DNA from: Deltaproteobacteria bacterium
GTDB lineage: Bacteria > UBA10199 > SBBF01
Reading direction: 5' to 3'
NCBI GenBank assembly: GCA_016183175.1
Contig: JACPFC010000040.1
Coordinates: 1-60,869, forward strand
DNA: 60,869 nucleotides
Below, in pieces: positions 18,150 through 26,074 of this stretch (position 1 is its first letter; each line of letters begins with the position of its first letter). The notes beneath the pieces are model-generated. The model did not search any database and was not told where the DNA came from. It saw only the letters and a program-made list of their open reading frames with translations. The translations under genes and the position numbers were made by a program.

Positions 18150-19076
18150 TCATTGCGTTAATTTTTGAAACACGTCCTCCAGCGTGACCTTTTCGCGCCT
18201 TAATTCCGTGAGGCTCCATTTTTTGGCCACGGCCAGCTTGAAAATTTCCTCGCTTAAATTTTCCTTCGAATCGATGGCGATCCTTACATGGCTGATTCCG
18301 TCCTGGGCGGCGGTGAACTCCACCGACTGAAAATCGGGAAGCGTTCTCAACCCCTGTTCAATCTCCGCCCGGGCCCCCCGGATTCCGGCATGGTAGATGG
18401 AGGCCCCGCGCGTCTGATGAACCAGCTCATGCGGGCTCCCCTGTCCCACGATTTTCCCCTCGGAGATAATGATCACCCGTTTACAGGTCTGATCCACCTC
18501 CGGCAGAATGTGCGTGGAGAGCAGAATGGTTTTTTGTTTTCCGATTTCCTGGATCAACTGCCGGATTTCCACAATCTGGTTGGGGTCGAGGCCGACAGTC
18601 GGCTCGTCCAGAATCAGAATATCGGGATTATGCAGAAGGGCCTGCGCCAATCCCGCCCTCTGCCGGTACCCCTTGGAGAGGACCCCCATTTTTCGTCCCA
18701 GCGCCTTTTCCAGACCGCAGGTCTTGACCACCTCCTTGATCCGCCGGTGGATGGAGATTTTATCGAGACGGCGAAGGGTGCCAAGGTAAGCGAGATATTC
18801 CGTGACCTCCATGTCGCCGTAGAGGGCGGCCGATTCGGGGAGGTAGCCGATCTTCCGGCGGGCCTCAAGGCTCTGCGTGGCCACGTCAAGCCCCGCGATC
18901 CGGCAGGATCCCGACGTCGCCGACAAAAAGCCGGTCAGGATGCGCATGGCGGTTGTTTTTCCGGCGCCGTTGGGGCCCAAAAAGCCCACCACCTCCCCCT
19001 TTTGCATTTCAAAGGAGATGCCGTCCAGCGCCCTGACCGGGCCGAAGGTTTTGATGACGTTTTCGATGGAAATCAT
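18150..19076 (-). CDS. ABC transporter ATP-binding protein
   Basis: Walker A GPNGAGKTT, signature LSKGYRQR, Walker B ILILDEP. Confidence 0.93.
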   Translation of the reverse strand: MISIENVIKTFGPVRALDGISFEMQKGEVVGFLGPNGAGKTTAMRILTGFLSATSGSCRIAGLDVATQSLEARRKIGYLPESAALYGDMEVTEYLAYLGTLRRLDKISIHRRIKEVVKTCGLEKALGRKMGVLSKGYRQRAGLAQALLHNPDILILDEPTVGLDPNQIVEIRQLIQEIGKQKTILLSTHILPEVDQTCKRVIIISEGKIVGQGSPHELVHQTRGASIYHAGIRGARAEIEQGLRTLPDFQSVEFTAAQDGISHVRIAIDSKENLSEEIFKLAVAKKWSLTELRREKVTLEDVFQKLTQ

Positions 19077-19167
19077 TAGACTTGGGGCCCCGAAGGCCCC
19101 TTGTAGATTTTATTTTCGCATCAAAAAATGTCAAGTCGTGCACATTTTGCGTTCGTGCAACCGGTTT

Positions 19168-19881
19168 TTATTTTTTTCCCTTATGATCTTCGGAGAGCTT
19201 CAGATAGATTTTGACCAGCTGATGGCCCGGCTGTTTTTTGGTCAGTTTTTCCCACGTCTGCCGCGCCTCTTTTTTCCGGCCCATGCCGTAAAGGGTGATT
19301 CCCATCTGGATATGCGCCTCGGTGTAGTCCGGTTTTTCCCTGACGATCCGCTGGAATTCCTTGAGCGCCTGTTCTTTTTTCCCTTCCTCGCGGAGCGAGA
19401 CCGCCAACTTGGCCCGGATGTCGTGAAAATTGGGGCAGAGATCGAGGGCCCTGGTGAACTCATCCGCGGCGCGGGCGGGGAGTCCGAGGCCCCGGTAGAG
19501 CTCCCCCGTTTCGGCGTGTCGGTTGGCCAGCTTTCCCTTGATAAACGGATCGATCCGACTTTCCGACTTGCGGGCCTCTTTTTTGGAGCGGTCGAGGAGT
19601 TTTTTGGAAAGCTTGTACTCCCCCATGTCGTTGTACAGGACGCTTAAATTGAGCAGGGCCTCGGTGTAACGGGAGTTGATTTTCAGCGCTTTTTCAAACG
19701 AGGAAATGGCGTCCTCATACCTTCCGGTCTGGTGGTAGATGACCCCCAGCATGTTGTAGACATCGGCGAATTCGTGCTTGGAGCCGACAATCCGCAAAAG
19801 AAACCCCTCGGCGCGCCGGTAGGCCTGGTTTTTGAAGAATTCCTTGCCTTGTTCGAGCCAATATCGGAGATCAGGTTCCAC
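19168..19881 (-). CDS. tetratricopeptide repeat protein
   Basis: Several canonical TPR units (AYRRAEGFLLRIV, YNMLGVIYHQTGRYEDAISSFEKALKINSRY, and others). Confidence 0.75.
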   Translation of the reverse strand: MEPDLRYWLEQGKEFFKNQAYRRAEGFLLRIVGSKHEFADVYNMLGVIYHQTGRYEDAISSFEKALKINSRYTEALLNLSVLYNDMGEYKLSKKLLDRSKKEARKSESRIDPFIKGKLANRHAETGELYRGLGLPARAADEFTRALDLCPNFHDIRAKLAVSLREEGKKEQALKEFQRIVREKPDYTEAHIQMGITLYGMGRKKEARQTWEKLTKKQPGHQLVKIYLKLSEDHKGKK

Positions 19882-20608
19882 TAATCCTCCCCTTCGCCTT
19901 TTTCAGCCACGGGCTCTGCGGAAATCTCTGCTCAAACGCCTGCACCACCTGCCGGGCCTTGTCCATCTCGCTGGTTTTCACGCAGGCCACCGTGAGGTAG
20001 TAAAAACTTTTTTCGTCCAGTTCTCCTCCCGGATATTCGTCGATGATGGTGACAAACCGCGGGATCGAGGCCTTGTACTCACCGTATTTGTAATAAAAGC
20101 GGGCCACGTAAAAATGCCGCCGGGCTTGCTTTGTTCGCGCCTCGGCGTATTTTTGTTCGGCCAGCCGGGCGTAGGGGGAGCCGGGAAAGTATTTTGGCAC
20201 GATGGCGAAATTCTGCACCGCCGGATCGAGGTACTGCTGGTCGCGGTCGATGGCTTTGGGGGTGTCTTCCAGATAGGCCAGCCCCGCCTTGTAATAGGCG
20301 TAGTCGGCCTTGGGGTGCGACGGATACTTTTCGAGAAACTCCCGGTATGTTTCGGCCGCCAAGAGGTATTCTTTCTGGCGGAAGTAGCTGTCGGCGATCA
20401 GCAGATCGGCATCCGAGGCCCGGTTGTCCGCCCGGTGCCGGCTTTTGTAGATTTCCAGGCATTCCACCGCCTCCTCGTATTTTTTCTTCGCGGACAACTG
20501 CACGCAGTAGTTGAGCTCGGCGTCGGCGCCGGACGCAGGGGGGCGGAGCGCGCCGCCGCAGGAGGACAAGATCAAAAGGCAAAGAGTGAGAATTGATACG
20601 GATCTCAT
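19871..20608 (-). CDS. bamD: outer membrane protein assembly factor BamD-like lipoprotein
   Basis: Lipobox LILSSCGG, size 245 aa, and the blocks IDRDQQY, YPGSPYARLA and VARFYYKYGEYKASIPRF characteristic of BamD/YfiO. Confidence 0.75.
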   Translation of the reverse strand: MRSVSILTLCLLILSSCGGALRPPASGADAELNYCVQLSAKKKYEEAVECLEIYKSRHRADNRASDADLLIADSYFRQKEYLLAAETYREFLEKYPSHPKADYAYYKAGLAYLEDTPKAIDRDQQYLDPAVQNFAIVPKYFPGSPYARLAEQKYAEARTKQARRHFYVARFYYKYGEYKASIPRFVTIIDEYPGGELDEKSFYYLTVACVKTSEMDKARQVVQAFEQRFPQSPWLKKAKGRISGT

Positions 20609-20615
20609 TGATGAA

Positions 20616-20693
20616 TGGTCGGGATGACTGGATTTGAACCAGCGACCTTTCGGTCCCGAACCGAACGCTCTAGCCGGGCTGAGCTACATCCCG
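20616..20693 (-). tRNA. tRNA-Pro (anticodon CGG), CCA encoded
   Basis: The reverse complement CGGGATGTAGCTCAGCCCGGCTAGAGCGTTCGGTTCGGGACCGAAAGGTCGCTGGTTCAAATCCAGTCATCCCGACCA folds as a cloverleaf with anticodon loop TTCGGGA. Confidence 0.9.
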
Positions 20694-20776
20694 AATTTAT
20701 TGTCCCCCATTCTTTACCCATCCGGGAAATTTAACTCAAGGTGAAACTTTATGCCCCCCTCTCAAACCTTGCCTCT

Positions 20777-22874
20777 TCAATCATCCTCTCTCTCCCCGCC
20801 AAGAGATAGCACCTGATCCGCGCGCGAGAGGTTGCGGTAGACCGTAAGCCCCTTGCAACCGAGCTGATGGGCCAGCCAAAAGACCTTGGCCACATCCTCC
20901 TCGGTGGCGCTTTCTGGCAGATTCACCGTTTTTGAAACGCCGTTTTCAGTGTGCTTTTGAAACGCAGACTGCATCCGGACATGCCGGTCGGGGGGGATGT
21001 CGTAGGTGGTCGCATAGAGGCGCCGGATTTCCGGGGGGATCTCCTCGATGTCCGCGATCGATCCGCTCTCGGAAGCCTGCTGGAAAATATTTTCCGGAAA
21101 AGTGCCGTAGGCGCGCCGGGCCCACCCTTCAAAATCGGGGTTGGTGAAAAGGAGTTCTTTTCCGCCAAGGACCTTTTTCACAAAGACAACGCCGTAGAGC
21201 GGTTCGATGCCGCTTGAACAGTCGGCGATCATGCTGATGGTGCCGGTGGGGGCGATGGTCGTGACGGTGGCGTTCCGGCGCTTGATTCCCCGTTCCGCAT
21301 AGACGCTTTCGTGATAATTCGGAAAAACCCCGCGCTTTTTGGCCAGAACAATCGAGGACTGCTCCGCCTCTTTTTGGACAAACCCCATCACCCGCTCGGC
21401 CATGTCGAGCGCCTCGAAGGAATCGTACGGGATTCCCAGGCGGATCAGCATGTCGGCCCAACCCATCACCCCGAGGCCGATCTTCCGGTTTTTTTTGGCC
21501 GTCTCTTCAATCTGCGGAAGGGGGTAGCCGTTGATCTCGATGACATTGTCCAAAAAATGGACCGCCCGGTGGATGACGCCACGGAGCCTTTCCCAGTTGA
21601 TCTTTTCGTTTTCCACTATCACTCCCAGGTTGATCGACCCGAGGTTGCACGCCTCATAGGGCAAAAGCGGCTGTTCCCCGCACGGGTTGGTCGCCTCCAG
21701 AGGCCCACAGGCGGGGGTGGGATTGGCTGAATCGATGCGGTCGAGGAACAAAACCCCCGGCTCACCGTTTTTCCAGGCCTGATGGACGATCTTCCAGAAA
21801 AGCTCGCGGGCGGAAACCGTCCGCACCGGTTCGTCGGTGCGGGGATTGACAAGCGGCCAGGGCTGGTCCTCTTCCACCGCCTTCATGAACGAATCGGAAA
21901 CTCCCACCGAGATGTTGAAATTGGAAAGCTCGCCGGGGGTGTCTTTGGCCTCGACAAAATCGGGGATGTCGGGGTGGTTCACATTTAGAATGCCCATGTT
22001 GGCCCCTCGACGGGTTCCCCCCTGTTTGATCGCCCGCGTGGCGGCGTCGTAAACGCGCATGAACGTCGTTTTTGGGGCGGAGGTAGTTGAAGGTGAAGCC
22101 GGTGCCGCCGCCGGTTTTGTGGATGATGGCCGACTGCTTCATCGTATCGAAAATCGACTCCATGCTGTCGCGCACCGGCAGGACAAAACAGGCGGAGAGC
22201 TGGCCGTTCGGCCGGCCCGCGTTCATGAGGGTCGGCGAGTTGGGCAAAAAGGCCTTGAAGGCCATCAGATTATAAAAATCAGCTTCAACGAGCGCAAGGT
22301 CGGCCTGCGGATCGTAACGGAGATCGGCCTCCGCTATGGCCCGGGCCACGCGGGTAAAGAGCTCCTCGGGCGTTTCGACGGCCTCCCCCCGTTCGTTTTT
22401 GGCGAGATAGCGTGTTTTTAAAACTTCCAAGGCGTTGGGGGAAAAAGCGAGCGCCGTTTTTTGGGCCTGTTTTCGTTTTATCTCTTCTTCCGATTCGCGG
22501 GGGGCGGGGGCCATGATGTCGAGAATTTCGGGGGGGAGATAATCGTCCGCCCCAGGCGGCCGATCCGCTTCATTTTCCGCGAAATCGGCCGAATCGGGTT
22601 GCGCCAACCCCCCAGGGGCCAGCCCCCTGGGGGCGAGCCCCAGATCGACAAGCCTGTCGCGGATCATTTCATCCAAAACTTCGGAAGAGATATTCCGGAT
22701 CTTGCGGCGCAGAAGGTCTTTTTCAATCTCGTTGCCGATGAGGGTTGCCATCTGCGGCGTGATCTTCGGGTTGTTGAGAATTTTAAGCCGTTCGAGGAGC
22801 TGGTCCCGCCTGAAGGGCCTCCCCCGCAGGCTTTTTGCCGCTTCCGAAAGGATCGGTGTGACCATATCCGACAT
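20777..22874 (-). pseudogene. nrdJ: class II (B12-dependent) ribonucleotide reductase, disrupted by an internal deletion plus frameshift
   Basis: The N-terminal frame (22874 down to about 22062) ends homology at [17 protein letters not shown]. The C-terminal frame (22060-20777) starts [23 protein letters not shown] and carries NPCGEQPL. The conserved loop normally between them (..TGG.ASGPVSF) is absent and the frames differ by 1 nt. Confidence 0.8.
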
Positions 22875-22884
22875 CTCCCCGAAT

Positions 22885-24021
22885 CTAGATCATTCGGACA
22901 GGGTTTGTAAACAGCTTAGAGGCTAAGCTGTGTTTTAGTATTTTGCGCGTGATGGTGGTGAGGGGGAGCGCGCCCATGTCGGAAGGGGCGATCCATTTGC
23001 CCTTAAGTCCCCTTCCGGCAGGCGCCACAAAAGGGTGGATGGTCATCCGGCGGTTCATGATGGTGTGAGTCACCGGAAGCAAAGGAAGTCCCTTTGTCTT
23101 CGCAATTTTCGTAAGCCGCTCGGAGTTGGATTGTTGCGTCTGCAGATGTGACCGGCGGGAACGAAAATTGCTTCGCCAAAAGGACTCCCTTTGCTTTCTC
23201 CACGAAGACCGCGAATTTCTTAAGGGGTTGGCGGGAATTAAGGGAAATTCCCAGAGGCCGGCCATGATTTCATTTTTTTGCCTCTGCCGGAGGAATAATT
23301 TTCCCCGTTTGTGGTAAAGAAGACAGACCAGCTTTTCCTTCCGATAAAGCGTTTTCCTTCTTTTTTTGGGGAACAATTCCGGTTTCCCCTCCCGATATGC
23401 CTGACAATCGGCATTCAAGGGGCAGAGGGTGCAGGCCGGTTGGGTGGGCAGACAAAGGGTCGCCCCCAGATCCATGAGGGCCTGATTAAAGTCGCCCGGG
23501 CGGTCCGGATCGATGAGACGTTCGACCGCCTCATGGAAGAATTTTTTCCCTTCTGTTTTTAAGGGATCGGCTTTTGAGGCAAAAAGGCGTGACAGAACAC
23601 GAATGACATTCCCGTCAACGGCTGGCGTCGGCTCTCCAAAGGCGATGCTCGCGATCGCCCCCGCCGTGTAGTCGCCCAAGCCGGGGAGTTTTATCAATTC
23701 TTCTTTTGTTGAAGGAACGACGCCGCCATAATTTTCAAAAACCGTTTGCGCCGCCCGATGGAACTGCCGGATCCGGTTGTAGTAGCCGAGCCCCTGCCAG
23801 AGGAGAAGAAGGTCATCAAGGGGGGCCTCGGCCACGCTTTTCAGCGTCGGAAAATGGGAGAGGAATTTTCGATAATAGGGGATCACCGTCGGAACCAGAG
23901 TCTGCTGGAGCATGATTTCGGAGAGCCAGACGGCGTAGGGGTCTTTTGTTTCGCGCCAGGGGAGGGGGCGTTTGTTGCGGTCGTACCACCGAAGGAGTTT
24001 CTTGCGGACGGAGGCGGACAT
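22885..24021 (-). CDS. mutY: A/G-specific adenine DNA glycosylase
   Basis: [22 protein letters not shown], the HhH-GPD element [18 protein letters not shown], the Fe-S loop [17 protein letters not shown], and a C-terminal NUDIX-like domain. Confidence 0.9.
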   Translation of the reverse strand: MSASVRKKLLRWYDRNKRPLPWRETKDPYAVWLSEIMLQQTLVPTVIPYYRKFLSHFPTLKSVAEAPLDDLLLLWQGLGYYNRIRQFHRAAQTVFENYGGVVPSTKEELIKLPGLGDYTAGAIASIAFGEPTPAVDGNVIRVLSRLFASKADPLKTEGKKFFHEAVERLIDPDRPGDFNQALMDLGATLCLPTQPACTLCPLNADCQAYREGKPELFPKKRRKTLYRKEKLVCLLYHKRGKLFLRQRQKNEIMAGLWEFPLIPANPLRNSRSSWRKQRESFWRSNFRSRRSHLQTQQSNSERLTKIAKTKGLPLLPVTHTIMNRRMTIHPFVAPAGRGLKGKWIAPSDMGALPLTTITRKILKHSLASKLFTNPVRMI

Positions 24022-24033
24022 CCCGCTACCCGA

Positions 24034-24225
24034 TTACAGATCCTGCGGTTTTACCGTGGAACGGCGGTTGGCCCTGGTCCGTGCAATCGCGGTGTCGAGC
24101 ATGCAACAGACCTTGTCGCTGATCGCCGCGATGGCATCGGACGAGGTCATGCACTTTTTCGACTTGATGTAGGCGCGCACCTTGCTGGCCACCACGAGGG
24201 CCTCTTTTTTGCTTCCTTTTGCCAT
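24034..24225 (-). CDS. 63-aa histone-fold-like protein (bacterial singlet histone candidate)
   Basis: ATG 24225 lies 6 nt after AGGAGG. MAKGSKKEALVVASKVRAYIKSKKCMTSSDAIAAISDKVCCMLDTAIARTRANRRSTVKPQDL follows the pattern LVVxSKVxxxIKxKxxMxTSxxxIxxxSxxx...AxxxxRxTVxxxD that I recall for Bdellovibrio histone Bd0055. Confidence 0.55.
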   Translation of the reverse strand: MAKGSKKEALVVASKVRAYIKSKKCMTSSDAIAAISDKVCCMLDTAIARTRANRRSTVKPQDL

Positions 24226-24349
24226 GATATTGTCCTCCTGTGTAGAGGGTTGCCCTAGCATTTTTGCGGGAAAGAGCAAATATAAAATGAATTTATTGTG
24301 GCTTTTTTCTTTCGAGAGTCATATAATCGCATTCAACAAGAGAGGGGTC

Positions 24350-24562
24350 ATGGAAAGAGGTTTGCGGGAAGAAATCATCGATTTTTTTCGGATTCGCGGC
24401 GAGCGGTGTTTGAGAATCAGCGAACTGCCGACGCATCAAAAAGGAATGACCGACTTCAATTGCCTCATCGTCACTCCCGCCGGCAGGAAAGAGAGTACCT
24501 TCATCCGTCTTCAGACCACGGATTACCCCCAAAAAACAGCCCATCCCGGTTGCGTGCTTTGA
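24350..24562 (+). CDS. hypothetical small protein (70 aa)
   Basis: Its third-position GC bias is better than that of the overlapping minus-strand ORF 24293-24679. GAGAGGGG lies upstream of the ATG. No family recognised. Confidence 0.3.
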   Translation: MERGLREEIIDFFRIRGERCLRISELPTHQKGMTDFNCLIVTPAGRKESTFIRLQTTDYPQKTAHPGCVL

Positions 24563-24686
24563 CAGGCTGTTGATAAAGTCCCATCTGCTTCGTTGCCCGC
24601 GGCGGCCGCAATCCTCACGTACTGGCGTGTACGCTCCGGTTGCGGCCTTGCGGGCGCCTTGCATCTGGAACTTTCTCAACAGCCTG
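24563..24686. other. 124-nt rod-like imperfect hairpin
   Basis: Nested helices: CAGGCTGTTGA/TCAACAGCCTG (11 bp), GCCCGC/GCGGGC, GGCCGCAA/TTGCGGCC, CGTAC/GTACG. The internal loops are of matching size. Confidence 0.6.
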
Positions 24687-24729
24687 GATAAAACCGAGCC
24701 GGTTATGTTATCCGTCAGCCAAACACGAG

Positions 24730-25416
24730 ATGCACATTTTTCTCTTCGATATTGATGGGACCCTTTTGCTCACCGGCGGCGCCGGCCTCAACGCCGTCAA
24801 CCGCACCTTTGCAAAGGTGTGTGGACCAAACGCCTCCGTTAAAATAATCAAGGCCGACGGCAAAACCGATCCGGTCATTTTGGAGGAACTTTTTGTGCAG
24901 GTATTAAATCGCCCTCCTTCCGACTCTGAACGGGCAACATTAGGCGCCGTTTACGAGGAGATGATGGCGGAGGAGCTCCCCCTTGCCCCCCATTTTCGGC
25001 TAATGCCGGGGGCCTTTGAGTTTGTGGCGGGGCTTTCGATCCGCCCCGATGTGGTTTTGGGGCTGGCCACCGGCAATTACGAGAAGACGGCGTGGCAGAA
25101 GCTGAAACGGGCGGGGCTGGACGGTTATTTCAAATTCGGGGGGTTCGGCTCGGACTCAAAAATCCGCCGCGAATTGACGGAAATGGCGCTGAAACGGGCC
25201 CTGGCTTACATCCGTCCCCGAAGCGCCGCGCAGATATATGTGGTGGGGGACACGGTGCACGACATCGACTGCGGAAAATTCATCGGCGCCAAAACCATCG
25301 CGGTGGCGACGGGGAATACGTCCGAGGCGGAACTTCTGGCCCACCGCCCCGATTTCTTTTTTCCCAGCCTTCTGGAGGCCCAAGGGGCGTTGGCAAGGCT
25401 TTTGTCTTTACCTTGA
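24730..25416 (+). CDS. HAD-superfamily hydrolase (phosphoglycolate phosphatase-like)
   Basis: Motif I FLFDIDGTLL at the N-terminus from ATG 24730, and VVGDTVHDIDCG near the C-terminus. Confidence 0.8.
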   Translation: MHIFLFDIDGTLLLTGGAGLNAVNRTFAKVCGPNASVKIIKADGKTDPVILEELFVQVLNRPPSDSERATLGAVYEEMMAEELPLAPHFRLMPGAFEFVAGLSIRPDVVLGLATGNYEKTAWQKLKRAGLDGYFKFGGFGSDSKIRRELTEMALKRALAYIRPRSAAQIYVVGDTVHDIDCGKFIGAKTIAVATGNTSEAELLAHRPDFFFPSLLEAQGALARLLSLP

Positions 25417-25535
25417 CAATACGGGGGTGATTTGTGAATTAACAGCCGCTCCCCTCATCCGTCCGCCACGACTGCTGGCGGACACCTTCTCCCTCAAGGG
25501 GAGAAGGGATAGGGAAATAAAGAGGTCTATTATAG

Positions 25536-25554
25536 GGGTGATTAGCTCAGTTGG
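25536..25554 (+). other. orphan 5' fragment of tRNA-Lys (19 nt)
   Basis: GGGTGATTAGCTCAGTTGG is identical to nt 1-19 of the complete gene at 25628. Confidence 0.85.
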
Positions 25555-25627
25555 GGGGACCCGCCGAGCGCCATTGGTCCGAGCGAGGCGGGGGCGGAGA
25601 TTGACGAAGTCTCGGATTATCTTAAGC

Positions 25628-25700
<73 letters not shown>

Positions 25701-25814
25701 CACCGAAAGAGTCAGCTACTCTACGCGAGCGGAGCGAGCCTTTAGTGAAAGGGGTGAGGAGCGTCTGGCTTTGCCAGCGCGACGAGGGGGAAAGCCTTCC
25801 CCCTTGTGGTAACC

Positions 25815-25865
25815 CAGCTGACTCTTAATCAGCGGGCCACAGGTTCGAATCCTGTATCACCCACA
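25815..25865 (+). other. orphan 3' fragment of tRNA-Lys (51 nt)
   Basis: Identical to 25652-25702 (anticodon arm, variable loop, T arm, 3' acceptor strand and 2 nt beyond). Upstream, TGGTA-ACC compares with TGGTA-GAG in the intact gene. Confidence 0.85.
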
Positions 25866-25920
25866 TTAAAGGCAGGGATCAGGGCATAGGGCTTAGGTTT
25901 TTAAAACCCCTAAACCCTAC

Positions 25921-25990
25921 GCCCTAGGCCCTACACCCTGCAGTCGATGGCGGCGGCCCTAGGCCCTACACCCTGCAGTCGATGGCGGCG
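25921..25990 (+). repeat. perfect 35-bp tandem duplication overlapping the tRNA-Leu 5' end
   Basis: GCCCTAGGCCCTACACCCTGCAGTCGATGGCGGCG occurs twice. The last 6 nt of unit 2 are nt 1-6 of tRNA-Leu. Confidence 0.9.
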
Positions 25991-26066
25991 ATGGCGGAAC
26001 TGGCAGACGCGCCAGGCTTAGAACCTGGTGGGTAACACCGTGGGGGTTCGACTCCCTCTCGCCGCA
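25985..26066 (+). tRNA. tRNA-Leu (anticodon TAG)
   Basis: GCGGCGA acceptor stem, anticodon arm CCAGG-CTTAGAA-CCTGG, a long variable arm, T loop TTCGACT, and 3' strand TCGCCGC-A. Confidence 0.9.
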
Positions 26067-26074
26067 CATAATTT

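Noticed and set aside
20777-22874. Naturally split NrdJ (two-subunit class II RNR, as in some pseudomonads).
   Set aside because: The break is not at the known split position. It removes a conserved catalytic-site loop, and the two frames overlap extensively without a separate Shine-Dalgarno and start context for the second part.
24293-24679. 128-aa minus-strand ORF upstream of the histone-like gene.
   Set aside because: It has T-rich third positions unlike the core genes and no Shine-Dalgarno. Its 5' part is made of the 124-nt hairpin. The opposite-strand 70-aa ORF has better codon bias, although that ORF is also weak.
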